Below, in pieces: positions 15,906 through 25,376 of a DNA stretch of 64,000 nt; the first letter of the stretch is position 1, and every line of letters begins with the position of its first letter. This DNA is from a virus, in IMG/VR virus record IMGVR_UViG_3300031992_000005, positions 96,001 to 160,000 of that record; one strand, written 5' to 3'. Under the pieces are notes generated by a model that was not told the origin of the DNA, did not search any database, and saw nothing but the letters and a program-made list of their open reading frames with translations. The position numbers and the translations under genes are program-made.

Positions 15906-16497
15906 CTGTTTGTAATTTTTGTTGTGCTAAATTTAAAGCCGAATTATAGTAGCAATTATTGCCCAGAGGATTATAACTCATATAATCAAGATTTCTGTTC
16001 AACGTTACTTTAGACACGATATTTCTTACCTCCAGTAGAATATCTTCAGGGTCTCCTAGAAAATTATACCAACCAGGGTCAGCAAATATCATTAGTTCCT
16101 TTGAAGTCAATTTCACAAACAAGTTAATCTCTGATACCCAAGCCTCAGGTAATGCTGTTAACCCAAATTCAATGTCTTTATTAAGAGAGCTTTGATCAAA
16201 ATTTCTCTGTACATCAACTAGAGTAAAATCCTTTATTTTATCAAATACTAGGTCATTCAATACAAAAAGCTTACTCTCTTCAATGATATCCTTGTAGTCC
16301 TTCACAACAAAGTCTCTATAATAAGACGGATAAAATGAGTCATAATAATAGTTTTTACTTAAAGTATCAATGCAAGAACTCAAGCTACTTGATAAATCAG
16401 TAGTAACACCAGTTATTTTAGAGAATGCATCATTAAGAACTATCTTTGATAAGCTACTTACTACTCCATTTTCATCTTTCATTTTTTCTTCCATCAT
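15892..16497 (-). CDS. Hypothetical protein
   Basis: ORF with a 4-nt overlap with the upstream nuclease gene. No motif recognised. Confidence 0.7.
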   Translation of the reverse strand: MMEEKMKDENGVVSSLSKIVLNDAFSKITGVTTDLSSSLSSCIDTLSKNYYYDSFYPSYYRDFVVKDYKDIIEESKLFVLNDLVFDKIKDFTLVDVQRNFDQSSLNKDIEFGLTALPEAWVSEINLFVKLTSKELMIFADPGWYNFLGDPEDILLEVRNIVSKVTLNRNLDYMSYNPLGNNCYYNSALNLAQQKLQTDVKA

Positions 16498-19214
16498 TTT
16501 ACTAAAACATTAGTTATTGCTGAATCATTTAATGTTAATTGAATGGACTTATTATTAAAGCTTGGAACAGAATCCATATGACTACATAATATTACGCAAT
16601 CAACCTTCATCTCTTTAATCAAGTCTAATACAATATCATGATTTTCTGAATCGAGGTGCTTTAAGAATTCATCCATAATTAAGAATCCCATTCCAGTTAC
16701 GATTTTCTGAAGAAAATCCACGTCAAGAATAGTTCTCTGACCATCACTACAGTTGATATAAGGCACTTCATTTCCCCTAAGATTATAAAAACTATCCAAG
16801 CTAAGATGTTCTTTTCCCCTAAAGGTAAAGTGATTTGTCTTATAAGTTACTCTATTGTCACTAAATTCTCCTGCAAGACGTTTCATAATCTCTTCATATA
16901 TATCACCGGTCGGACCAGTTAGTTTTATATACCTCTGGAAATCTTCCATGAGAGAAGAGGTTTTTTCAATCTCACTTTCGTAGGCTTTTATTTTTTCTTC
17001 TTCCTTAGATTTATCTAGAACTAGAGTATTGTACTGATTCCATGTACCAATCTCTGCCTCTATAAAACCGAGTTGTTCAATGAAACCCTCTGGAAGTTCA
17101 GGCTTCTCCGGGATATTACCAAGATTGGATAGATCTTCCTCTACCTTTTTCAGATCTTGCCTTACTTTATCATACTCAATACTAGTGAGAGTATTATTTT
17201 GTTTCTCTGTATAAAGTCTAGCAATACTGTTATTTAATTCAGCTTTTGCCTTATCATCCCAACCCAAGAGAACTTGATTTTGTTCCTGAATAGCCCTATC
17301 TACAGAGAAAATGCGCTGTTCAAATTCCTGAATATGACTTCCCGGATTTTTCTTAATAGGTTGGCCACATGTAGGACATATCGCACCGGCCATTAATTGA
17401 TCCTTTTCCCTAATTAACTTATCTTTTTCTACATTGAGTGAATAAAATTTCATATATTCAGCCTCAACCCAAGATTGTTGTTTCTTAAGTCGTTCTATTT
17501 CAGAATCAATAGTAGGAAAATCCCTAAAGGAGTCTAACTTTTGCTTCAATTCAGCTAATCTGAAAGTATCATTTTCCTTCCTGGCCATTAAGGAAGCACT
17601 TCTTTCTATAAAATCGTTATAAGCGATCAGTTTCTTTTGTAAAGATCTTCCATAATCTCTTTTAACAATCAAAGAATCTAGTGATTCTTGTGGAAGAACA
17701 ATACCTTGTAGTTTGGTTTCAATAAACCTAAGAACTTCTTTAGATTTATCGATACCCTCCAGCCACTTACTACTACCTCTCACCAACTGCTCGAGGAGTA
17801 CCTTAGCATGATCATTGTAGGTATCGATCCTATCCATCTTGAAAAACCTACTAATGATCTCAGATTTTCTCTCTGGAGTAATATCCCCAATGAATCTAGG
17901 GTGATCTGAGTCAAAGAAACATACATCCATGAAGTCTATGAAAGGAAATCTAATATGCATATCCTTTTCAAACTCTGCCTTCTTATTATATTTCTGTGGC
18001 TCACCTTCAATCCAAAAACCATACTTCTTACTACCTCTCTGAATTCTATAATTCACACCTTGATATATAAAATCTACTTCGGTTATACATTCTTTTGCTC
18101 CAAATTGAACAAAATCCTTGTAATGTGGATTTTCTACAAAGGCATACTTAATAGCAGATAAGAGACTAGATTTACCAGAACCATTATGTCCCGTCAAGAG
18201 GATTCTATCTCCTGCACCGAGATAAAGTTCTGCTTCTTCTATACTTCTCCAATTCTTACAATAGAATCTGGTGATAGTAAAGTTAAAATCTACCTCATTG
18301 GCATCTAAGTTTGGAATAGTTTTTATTACTTCAGAATGAATGTTCTCTAATTTTTCTCGAACTAATACATTTTCTATTAAGTGACCTATTTCTTCCCAAG
18401 CTGGGATATTGATATTTCTTACGCCACTATTTACTACGTGATTACTCGGCTTATATACATACCAAGTCTTATCTAATTCATTCCAACCCTCAAGATCCCT
18501 TTGTTCCGTATATTGAAACTTGATAAGATTATCATGAGGATTAAGATTTACCCAATAGCACTTACTTTCTACACAATCCACTATTACACCAGTACAGTAC
18601 TCTGAATCAGACATCCTACAACGTTGTGGAATACCTATACTCATATACTTACCACTGTTGGCTGGCTTATGTATATCTCCGCAAATAGCGAGTTTAAACT
18701 TGCTTTCATCTAGAACTTGGCTATGGAAATTATCTTCCCTCGAATAAGATATAGTAGCATGCGTAAATAAGATATCAAGCTGCCCATTTACCCAAGATAG
18801 GTCAAACTCAGGTCTCCAATTATAAAACCCTATTCTCTTGCCATCTACATTAATCTCCTTCATATCTGCATAATAAAGGTTCTTTGGTAGCATGACAGAT
18901 AATGCACAGTCAGTAAATTCAGAATTAACTCCCTTGTTATCCTGATCGTGATTTCCCCAGATTATAAAACCCATCTTAAAATGAGCCATTACAGTATCTA
19001 AGAAATTCTTTACTTCTGCCTGAACATAGGGTCTATTTAAAAAATTATCTACAGTATCTCCAGCGATAACTAAGATATCAGCCCCTTCAGACTCAGCAAC
19101 CTCTATTATATTAGAGGCTACTGTTCTAGTCTGATAGAGTCTATATTTATTTGTTGGATTTCTTTGTGGATAATCGTGTATATGAAGATCCGAAATTGCA
19201 AGAATTTTACTCAT
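16494..19214 (-). CDS. Fused Mre11/SbcD-like nuclease and Rad50/SbcC-like ATPase (T4 gp47+gp46 equivalents in one polypeptide)
   Basis: The N-terminus has phosphoesterase motifs ISDLHIHD, VIAGDTVDN, WGNHD and CGDIHKP. These are followed by Walker A LTGHNGSGKSSLLSAIKYAF, a long coiled-coil with a CPTCGQ zinc hook, the signature-like CSDGQRT, Walker B FLIMDEF and the H-loop LCSHM. Confidence 0.85.
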   Translation of the reverse strand: MSKILAISDLHIHDYPQRNPTNKYRLYQTRTVASNIIEVAESEGADILVIAGDTVDNFLNRPYVQAEVKNFLDTVMAHFKMGFIIWGNHDQDNKGVNSEFTDCALSVMLPKNLYYADMKEINVDGKRIGFYNWRPEFDLSWVNGQLDILFTHATISYSREDNFHSQVLDESKFKLAICGDIHKPANSGKYMSIGIPQRCRMSDSEYCTGVIVDCVESKCYWVNLNPHDNLIKFQYTEQRDLEGWNELDKTWYVYKPSNHVVNSGVRNINIPAWEEIGHLIENVLVREKLENIHSEVIKTIPNLDANEVDFNFTITRFYCKNWRSIEEAELYLGAGDRILLTGHNGSGKSSLLSAIKYAFVENPHYKDFVQFGAKECITEVDFIYQGVNYRIQRGSKKYGFWIEGEPQKYNKKAEFEKDMHIRFPFIDFMDVCFFDSDHPRFIGDITPERKSEIISRFFKMDRIDTYNDHAKVLLEQLVRGSSKWLEGIDKSKEVLRFIETKLQGIVLPQESLDSLIVKRDYGRSLQKKLIAYNDFIERSASLMARKENDTFRLAELKQKLDSFRDFPTIDSEIERLKKQQSWVEAEYMKFYSLNVEKDKLIREKDQLMAGAICPTCGQPIKKNPGSHIQEFEQRIFSVDRAIQEQNQVLLGWDDKAKAELNNSIARLYTEKQNNTLTSIEYDKVRQDLKKVEEDLSNLGNIPEKPELPEGFIEQLGFIEAEIGTWNQYNTLVLDKSKEEEKIKAYESEIEKTSSLMEDFQRYIKLTGPTGDIYEEIMKRLAGEFSDNRVTYKTNHFTFRGKEHLSLDSFYNLRGNEVPYINCSDGQRTILDVDFLQKIVTGMGFLIMDEFLKHLDSENHDIVLDLIKEMKVDCVILCSHMDSVPSFNNKSIQLTLNDSAITNVLVK

Positions 19215-19729
19215 TATATTGTCTTCATTATTGCCTGATAATTAGACATAACCCAAGATAAAGCTGCATATGCATGCTTACATAATGTAGTTACACCAGC
19301 TTTTCCCTTTGGGGCATCAGACAATGCTTGTCCTAATACAGTTTTTATTCGATCATTATTAAATAATGAATCTCTCTTAGATAAGATATAACTAGACCGA
19401 TATTTAAAGTCAGCGCAATCACAGTATATGCGAACTTGATTATTTCCCCAATTCCTAAGAGAAAAATCTGGCTCTAATTGAATAAATACATAATGAGTAT
19501 TGCCCGTATTGCTCTGAACCTTTAACTTTAACGTAATATAGAATACTTTAATAATATCGGTCTTAAAGAATTGTCGAATCTTAGCGGATAAACTTTCTTC
19601 CTTTAAGGTGAAAAATGTATCCGCCAATGAAACAGTACAACCACTTGCTCTAGCAGTTCTCTGTTCATCTATGCTCATTAATTCTCCAATTGTATACCTC
19701 TTACCAAATAGGTTATCTAATAGTCCCAT
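19214..19729 (-). CDS. SWIM zinc-finger protein
   Basis: RIYCDCADFKYR...TLCKHAY gives the CxCx(n)CxH SWIM signature. The stop overlaps the downstream ATG by 1 nt. Confidence 0.6.
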   Translation of the reverse strand: MGLLDNLFGKRYTIGELMSIDEQRTARASGCTVSLADTFFTLKEESLSAKIRQFFKTDIIKVFYITLKLKVQSNTGNTHYVFIQLEPDFSLRNWGNNQVRIYCDCADFKYRSSYILSKRDSLFNNDRIKTVLGQALSDAPKGKAGVTTLCKHAYAALSWVMSNYQAIMKTI

Positions 19730-19733
19730 AATA

Positions 19734-19961
19734 TTATCTGATTGAATTAATATCTACTACAGGTTTACTATTCCCTGAGAGGGTGATAATTGTATTAGTA
19801 GACTTTACATACAGTCCACTAAAAATAGGGACGTTCTCTTCAGAATTACCACTGAAAACAGGCTCCACATCAGATCTAGGTACATATTCACCGTCCTTGA
19901 AGAGTCTCTGTGTGGTTTCATCATAAGAGAATTTTCCTATACTTGAATTAATGTATATCAT
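19734..19961 (-). CDS. Hypothetical small protein
   Basis: 75-aa ORF tightly packed in the operon. Confidence 0.55.
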   Translation of the reverse strand: MIYINSSIGKFSYDETTQRLFKDGEYVPRSDVEPVFSGNSEENVPIFSGLYVKSTNTIITLSGNSKPVVDINSIR

Positions 19962-21016
19962 CTTCCTGAATATAATGTAGGATCAAACCTACTAATGAAT
20001 TCTGTAAAATATCTATCACTAATTCTAGTGATCCCATACTTACCGCAGAATTTATGAAACTCATCTAGTGTTCCTAATTTTCCTGCAGTTGGGAGATGAT
20101 CCGTTATCATTCTTTTTGCTTCCTCTAATCTAGGATACTTTGAAAGATCAAATGTTTCCATCTGTTTCTGAAATAATTCCGGATCCTCTAAGTCTGATAA
20201 GTCACCAGATACTATGTGTTGAATAGCCTCTACTTGATTAACATGTTCCTTAGCAGTTCTTCTCATAGCATTATGCCCAAATCCGAGAGAATCACTATAA
20301 GATTTATATGCATAAAGAGACATTCCGAGGTCTTTCATTTCCTGTGGCATCTCACTATACATTCTCTCATAAGTAATAAACTCTGGATCAGATTTACCAA
20401 TAGGCATTCTGAATTGGAGCATCTTAGGGGAAGTGAAATATGAAATATCACTGTCCTTAGTTACCATGACACTAGGCTTAGCATCTGGTTCATATAACAT
20501 CATTGAAGCCAAGTACATTAAGTTATCTGCTTCATATCCAGGTACAAATATTGAAGGTACACCAAACTTATCAAATTCATACATTAATGCAAACTTAGCC
20601 TTCTGCTTAGTCTCATTAAAGTATAATTTTTTATAAGCCTCCTGAATAACATCTTCAGTGACACCTGGAGTATTCTTTAATTCTTCAAATTTCTCCTTAG
20701 TCATGTATGTACTAAGAGGATCTTTATTTCCTCTGTTCCCTTCAATGTCACCTCTATTATCCTTATACCCACCACCTAGGAGATATGTTGTATAATACCC
20801 ATTCCATTCTGGATCCCACTTATCTGCTACAAAGACATATTTATCGGCCAAGACTTTATAATCTCGAGCAAACTTATTCAAAGACCAGATTGTCATCTGT
20901 ATCACATCTCCTGGAGTATATTCTCCTGGTTCTTTATCCTTACTTACAACAAAGCATGATCTATATAATAACATGCTTAAGTCTATAAGCGCGTATTTAA
21001 ACGTATTACTAATCAT
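19958..21016 (-). CDS. 5'-3' exonuclease / flap endonuclease (FEN, T4 RNase H-like)
   Basis: ALIDLSMLLYRSCF, FVADKWD, GGGYKDNRG and VMVTKDSDISYF correspond to the PIN-like FEN acidic-residue blocks (liDg..l.yr, FD, YK..R, D.D). Confidence 0.7.
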   Translation of the reverse strand: MISNTFKYALIDLSMLLYRSCFVVSKDKEPGEYTPGDVIQMTIWSLNKFARDYKVLADKYVFVADKWDPEWNGYYTTYLLGGGYKDNRGDIEGNRGNKDPLSTYMTKEKFEELKNTPGVTEDVIQEAYKKLYFNETKQKAKFALMYEFDKFGVPSIFVPGYEADNLMYLASMMLYEPDAKPSVMVTKDSDISYFTSPKMLQFRMPIGKSDPEFITYERMYSEMPQEMKDLGMSLYAYKSYSDSLGFGHNAMRRTAKEHVNQVEAIQHIVSGDLSDLEDPELFQKQMETFDLSKYPRLEEAKRMITDHLPTAGKLGTLDEFHKFCGKYGITRISDRYFTEFISRFDPTLYSGR

Positions 21017-21082
21017 GTATGAAATTAAAGGGGAGAGCTGAATGAGAAATCATCAACCCTCCCAATTTTATTTGAGTATTCC

Positions 21083-22393
21083 TTAGAAACTTACACCACT
21101 ACCCCAAGCACTGGTCTTTGCAAAATCAGGCTTAGTAAATGTTGTAGCACCACTATTACCACCGCCAACAGGACTTCCACTAATTGGATCATAATGACCT
21201 GCAGGAGGATTTGTGTACGGATTAGTATTCTTAGCAGCAATCTCTTCTGGATTTCTTGGTATATTAGTATTACCATAAGCTCCATTTGAAATCTGTGCTT
21301 GCTCATTCTTAGCAGCTTGTTCTGCCATCTGAGCTAAGATCGGATCATTTGTTTGCTGACCTCGAGTATTCGTAGGTTGCTGCTTCTTAATAATCATCTC
21401 ATTTGTGGCACTAATGGCTTCCTGGATGCTGGTCTTATTCTGCTTTGCCATTCTGATTCTTACAATCTGATCAGTCATGTACTGAATGGCCTCCTCAATG
21501 AGAGGACGATTAAACAGCCTCTTCTGTGAATGATCTGGCTGAGCATCATCCTTATTTGCTTGCCAACCAAGGAAAGTCTCTACTGGATTTTGCATGAGCT
21601 CCAAGTCCTCTTCTGGAATAACATAGCTACCAGTAATATTGCCAGTACCTATCTGATGGTTTACTGAAATATTAAATCCAGGACCATCAGCCTTATTGAC
21701 TGATAACATAACTAATCCAGTTCGACCTGTTGAGTTTCTGTTATAAATCTCATCAATCCAATTAGGATTTCCCTGACCAATCAAGAAATTGGTGTCATTA
21801 ATACTGTTATTAACAATGTCTAAGAAATTCTTAGCCGTTATAATAAACAGTGCGCAGAAGTTTTGACGAGATGGACTTCTCATATCACCACCAGCTGACC
21901 AGAACATAGTAGCCATTGCATGGAAGATAGTGTAGTTCTTCCTTCTAATAAGTTTACTAATAACTGGATCGAGGGCATTGTTCCTTCCATCTACTTCCTG
22001 ATAAAGCTCTTCCCATGTAGCATAAGCTCTTCTAAGAAGCTCTTCGTCTGAAGCAGTTAAACTAGATACTTCACGACCACTACTAGGATCTTTAATTGTA
22101 TAAGCTGACTCTGGAAGTAATTTAATCCAAGAATAGTATACGGTCTCTTGACCATCACTGCTCAAATTCTTTCTTGGCATATTAATCTCCCTAGTATTCT
22201 TCAAAAATACATAAGGGAAACCATCACTAATGGTGCTTGTAATTGGAAGTAACTGATACTTTCCAAAAGCCCCTGGGAAAGAACAATAAATCTTTTCAAT
22301 TAATCTCTTTTTCTCAAATTGTACTTGTTTGTTCGAAGGAGAAATACTTTGAAGCTTTCCTAAAAACTGCTCTAAACCGTTTGAATTACTCAT
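21083..22393 (-). CDS. Hypothetical protein with a long disordered N/Q/P/G-rich C-terminal tail; possible ssDNA-binding protein
   Basis: It lies in the replication block. It has its own promoter-like motif with a ~110-nt leader. The last ~110 aa are low-complexity and end in ..WGSGVSF. The SSB assignment is context-based speculation only. Confidence 0.6.
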   Translation of the reverse strand: MSNSNGLEQFLGKLQSISPSNKQVQFEKKRLIEKIYCSFPGAFGKYQLLPITSTISDGFPYVFLKNTREINMPRKNLSSDGQETVYYSWIKLLPESAYTIKDPSSGREVSSLTASDEELLRRAYATWEELYQEVDGRNNALDPVISKLIRRKNYTIFHAMATMFWSAGGDMRSPSRQNFCALFIITAKNFLDIVNNSINDTNFLIGQGNPNWIDEIYNRNSTGRTGLVMLSVNKADGPGFNISVNHQIGTGNITGSYVIPEEDLELMQNPVETFLGWQANKDDAQPDHSQKRLFNRPLIEEAIQYMTDQIVRIRMAKQNKTSIQEAISATNEMIIKKQQPTNTRGQQTNDPILAQMAEQAAKNEQAQISNGAYGNTNIPRNPEEIAAKNTNPYTNPPAGHYDPISGSPVGGGNSGATTFTKPDFAKTSAWGSGVSF

Positions 22394-22506
22394 AAAATTA
22401 ATGAAATTAAAATTAAATTAAATATAAAATTAGAAATTTTTATTATGTCTGCTAGAACAAAACTAACAGAATTTATCATCAAAGATAAGATTTTAAAGTG
22501 ATTTCA

Positions 22507-22526
22507 CATTAATAAAGAGTTCCCTG
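22507..22526 (-). promoter_or_regulatory. Promoter-like motif, class A variant (minus strand)
   Basis: The reverse complement reads CAGGGAACTCTTTATTAATG. It is preceded on that strand by terminator TTCCCTGGGAAAATTCCCGGGGAA followed by T8. Confidence 0.35.
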
Positions 22527-22603
22527 CTTCTAAACTCCGTTTTTTACATGTAGAAAAAAAATTCCCCGGGAATTTTCCCAGGGAACACAGATATATACAA
22601 CGA

Positions 22604-23341
22604 TTATTTCTTCACGGATAATGAGCTCTTAAATCCATGAAGTTTTTTCAAATTCTCATCTGACAGAGGGCTACTAGTTCTAATAACCCTCTTGACAATA
22701 TTGTAGGAGCCATGATTCTCGATATTTGATGGCGGCTTCAAAAGACCTAACTGAATCTTAGCAGCCTTATCACCCGAAGCGTTTACCTCATTATAGAAAG
22801 TTTTGAGCGCAATCAATGCCTCAAAGGAGATATAGATGCAATCACCACTCTCCAATGGCAATGCACAAGCTCGAGTGCCCTTCACCGTCTCAATAGGGAA
22901 ATTCAGGTCAAACCTTCTGAGAGCCTTGTTCTCTTCTTCACCGAACTCAGTCTTTCCTTGCTTTGACATTCTTTCCTGTATCTTCTTAATCTGGTTCTTA
23001 CGATCCTTGTGATACTTTTCAATGCTATCAAGGTCAGATAGACGAATATTCAAGATAGGACATCTTGCTATATTGTTCACCTTCAACTGTGGATCAAGCT
23101 TCTTAATGAGGAATGTGCCAAGATCCTTCTTATCAGTTACTTGGCCAACCACTTTGAAAAGGAACCTGATATACTTCAGTTTTCCTCCACCAGCCTCAAT
23201 CAGATCAGCAATCTTCAAGATGGCCTCTTGAGCTTTCACCAGGTCAAAAGGATGTTTTCCTGCTGCATCCCACTTAGTGTCTTCTTCTAGACAATATTTC
23301 TCCTTAATGGAGAGAAACACACTTTTCCTTTTCTTTATCAT
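22604..23341 (-). CDS. Hypothetical protein
   Basis: 245-aa ORF with its own promoter-like motif and terminator. Confidence 0.7.
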   Translation of the reverse strand: MIKKRKSVFLSIKEKYCLEEDTKWDAAGKHPFDLVKAQEAILKIADLIEAGGGKLKYIRFLFKVVGQVTDKKDLGTFLIKKLDPQLKVNNIARCPILNIRLSDLDSIEKYHKDRKNQIKKIQERMSKQGKTEFGEEENKALRRFDLNFPIETVKGTRACALPLESGDCIYISFEALIALKTFYNEVNASGDKAAKIQLGLLKPPSNIENHGSYNIVKRVIRTSSPLSDENLKKLHGFKSSLSVKK

Positions 23342-23367
23342 ACTCTTTTAATTATTAAAAATTAATA

Positions 23368-23390
23368 CATATATAAGATTTTAAAGGGAA
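23368..23390 (-). promoter_or_regulatory. Promoter-like motif, class A (minus strand)
   Basis: The reverse complement reads TTCCCTTTAAAATCTTATATATG. It is preceded by a UUCG-capped terminator (GCC-TTCG-GGC plus T-run). Confidence 0.45.
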
Positions 23391-23444
23391 GAAAAAAGAA
23401 AAGGCCCGAAGGCACTTTTCTTATGCTACCGGAAGAGAGTTGTG

Positions 23445-23750
23445 TTACTTTTTCTCTTCTTCCTTGTTGTTCTTTTCCTGCTGACCTTGACCTGGTTCTG
23501 GTTTTTGTTCAGGTTGTTCAGTCGTTGGAAACCTCTTATCGAGGCCCCTTTTTGCAGATTTCATTGTGTCACCAATAGCATCGGTAACTTTGTCCATCGC
23601 TGCGTTAGCTACAATCGCTACTAAGATAGCGGCTCCGACCAATGTACCTGCGGCAATAATGCCGAGGATGATCATAATGATCGACTTCACCACTTTGTTA
23701 ATGCTACGTTTCTGAGCAGTCTTGATCTGTTTTTTGTTAATCTTTTCCAT
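23445..23750 (-). CDS. Small membrane protein (one TM helix, charged C-terminal tail)
   Basis: The TM segment is IIMIILGIIAAGTLVGAAILVAIVANAA. The tail is rich in K, E, Q and P. It forms a monocistronic unit with a class B motif and a terminator. Confidence 0.65.
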   Translation of the reverse strand: MEKINKKQIKTAQKRSINKVVKSIIMIILGIIAAGTLVGAAILVAIVANAAMDKVTDAIGDTMKSAKRGLDKRFPTTEQPEQKPEPGQGQQEKNNKEEEKK

Positions 23751-23792
23751 GATTTCTTAAGTTTTAAAGTTGAACATAAAATTTAACTGTTT

Positions 23793-23828
23793 CTATATAT
23801 AAGGCATTTTTCCTCTTTTAGGAAGGAA
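23793..23828 (-). promoter_or_regulatory. Promoter-like motif, class B (minus strand)
   Basis: The reverse complement reads TTCCTTCCTAAAAGAGGAAAAATGCCTTATATATAG. It is preceded by terminator GGGCGGAATTTCCGCCC plus a T-run. Confidence 0.4.
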
Positions 23829-23858
23829 AAAATAAAGGGCGGAAATTCCGCCCACCTT

Positions 23859-23930
23859 TTAAAAATAGAAGATTTTCTGGAGAAAACCTGATATGATTGG
23901 CCAGATTACTTCGTCAAATACTCTAAACAT
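23859..23930 (-). CDS. Micro-ORF (23 aa, hydrophobic)
   Basis: MFRVFDEVIWPIISGFLQKIFYF. Its ATG lies 1 nt after the stop of the preceding micro-ORF. Confidence 0.25.
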   Translation of the reverse strand: MFRVFDEVIWPIISGFLQKIFYF

Positions 23931-23931
23931 A

Positions 23932-24081
23932 TTAATACAACGTTTTTTTTAAGTTAGACATAAATCTTTTAAAACCATAATCTTGTATAGCTCTCATCAA
24001 GTCATACGTCTGATCACCTATTGCTGTGCCATGATGTCCACATATATATGCAGATAATCCAGTTAAAATCTTCATAATCAT
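23932..24081 (-). CDS. Micro-ORF (49 aa)
   Basis: MIMKILTGLSAYICGHHGTAIGDQTYDLMRAIQDYGFKRFMSNLKKTLY. It has an ATGA-type overlap with the preceding micro-ORF. Confidence 0.3.
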   Translation of the reverse strand: MIMKILTGLSAYICGHHGTAIGDQTYDLMRAIQDYGFKRFMSNLKKTLY

Positions 24082-24221
24082 AATCCTCTGCTGTTTCTAA
24101 TTTTTTCATCAGCCTTTCTTCCAAAAGCTGAATCTAAATAATATCGATATAAAATTTCGGTACCAATCGCCGCTACTGCAGCTTCCATACCTACTACAAT
24201 AATTGTTGCTAAATAATACAT
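24078..24221 (-). CDS. Micro-ORF (47 aa, N-terminal TM helix)
   Basis: MYYLATIIVVGMEAAVAAIGTEILYRYYLDSAFGRKADEKIRNSRGL. It is the first cistron behind class B motif 24264-24293. Confidence 0.3.
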   Translation of the reverse strand: MYYLATIIVVGMEAAVAAIGTEILYRYYLDSAFGRKADEKIRNSRGL

Positions 24222-24263
24222 AATGTTGTTTATTTTTAAAATTGTTAGAAATTATTAATATTT

Positions 24264-24293
24264 ATATATATAAGGCATTAAAAGGACGAGCAA
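24264..24293 (-). promoter_or_regulatory. Promoter-like motif, class B (minus strand)
   Basis: The reverse complement reads TTGCTCGTCCTTTTAATGCCTTATATATAT, downstream of a hairpin plus T-run. Confidence 0.4.
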
Positions 24294-24346
24294 AAAAGAA
24301 AGGGAGGCAATCCCTGCTTCCTTTCTTTTGATGTGTTCAGATGAAC

Positions 24347-24733
24347 TTAACCCCTTTTCTTTCCGTGGGGTTGCTTACGATGATTCTTCCTATACTTAAG
24401 ACTTAATCCCAATCGGGTCTTGCGACCGAAGGTTTTGATCTCTTCCTCTGTCAAATCTTCATCCATGTGCTTTATCGTTGACATAAGACGCTTTCCCAGC
24501 ACTTCGACTGGGGTCTTGATGTCTACAAAGAATCTTGCGGTTGCCCTAATTGCACGGACAACTGCAAAGAATTTCTGTAAAAATGGGATTTTTGAATCCC
24601 TATCCCTTCTTTTCCAGACGAACTTCCACATCTGGATTAGTAAATTGACCCTTTCGATCAGGCCAACCAAAAAGTTACTCACTACGTATATGATCATAAT
24701 GACCGAATACACGAAGTTAAATTTCTTTTTCAT
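24347..24733 (-). CDS. Membrane protein (N-terminal TM helix, basic C-terminus)
   Basis: The TM segment is FVYSVIMIIYVVSNFLVGLI. It forms a monocistronic unit with class B motif 24774-24809. Confidence 0.65.
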   Translation of the reverse strand: MKKKFNFVYSVIMIIYVVSNFLVGLIERVNLLIQMWKFVWKRRDRDSKIPFLQKFFAVVRAIRATARFFVDIKTPVEVLGKRLMSTIKHMDEDLTEEEIKTFGRKTRLGLSLKYRKNHRKQPHGKKRG

Positions 24734-24773
24734 AATTTTTTGAAATTAAAAGTTAGACATTTTTTAATTAACT

Positions 24774-24809
24774 CTATATATAAGGCATTTTCCCTCTTTT
24801 GGGAAGGAA
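24774..24809 (-). promoter_or_regulatory. Promoter-like motif, class B (minus strand)
   Basis: The reverse complement reads TTCCTTCCCAAAAGAGGGAAAATGCCTTATATATAG, nearly identical to 23793-23828. It is preceded by terminator GGTGGGTAAAACCACC plus a T-run. Confidence 0.4.
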
Positions 24810-24839
24810 AAATAAAAGGTGGTTTTACCCACCTTCTTT

Positions 24840-25376
24840 TTAGAAGAAATCCACTATTATATAAGAAACAGAATTATATACAGGCCTTCTATACAACAAT
24901 TTATTCCAGATCCAAGGAATAGGTAATAAACAATACCAGAAGTGCTTTTTATCTATTTCTGGAAAATAGTTATGTGATGTAATATCAGACGTTGTAATAA
25001 AATTCCACTTAGGCTTTTTTATTGCAATAAAACCTACCTTACAACCTTCTGGTATCCAACCTGCAACTAGGTTAATAAAATCCTCAGGATAAGAATGCCA
25101 ATCTCCCTCATAAGTAAAGTTAAGAATACACTCATGACCCTTAAAGAGATTCATTGCTTCTTTAACTGTCATCTTACTTCTCCAAAGACCATGAGCAAAT
25201 ACCCACGTATCTCCCTTTTCTTTTACTCTAAGATCAAACCAGGTAATACCACTATTAAGCTGTTCTGACAAAGTTTTTCTTTGACACTTAGCAAAGATCT
25301 TACCTAGTCGACTTAAAAACCCAGAACTTTTCTCACCTGTCGCACTATTATGCGTTCCGATTTTCAATGAATTCAT
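24840..25376 (-). CDS. PI-PLC X-domain-like phosphodiesterase
   Basis: IGTHNSATG...QRKTLSEQLNSGITWFDLRV...FAHGLW fits the PLC-X pattern (GTHdS ... Q..i..QL..G.R.fDlRv ... HG). Confidence 0.5.
   Translation of the reverse strand: MNSLKIGTHNSATGEKSSGFLSRLGKIFAKCQRKTLSEQLNSGITWFDLRVKEKGDTWVFAHGLWRSKMTVKEAMNLFKGHECILNFTYEGDWHSYPEDFINLVAGWIPEGCKVGFIAIKKPKWNFITTSDITSHNYFPEIDKKHFWYCLLPIPWIWNKLLYRRPVYNSVSYIIVDFF

Noticed and set aside
24420-24922. Plus-strand ORFs 24420-24743 and 24740-24922
   Set aside because: They lie antisense to the minus-strand membrane-protein gene and its promoter/terminator cassette, and their composition is low-complexity.
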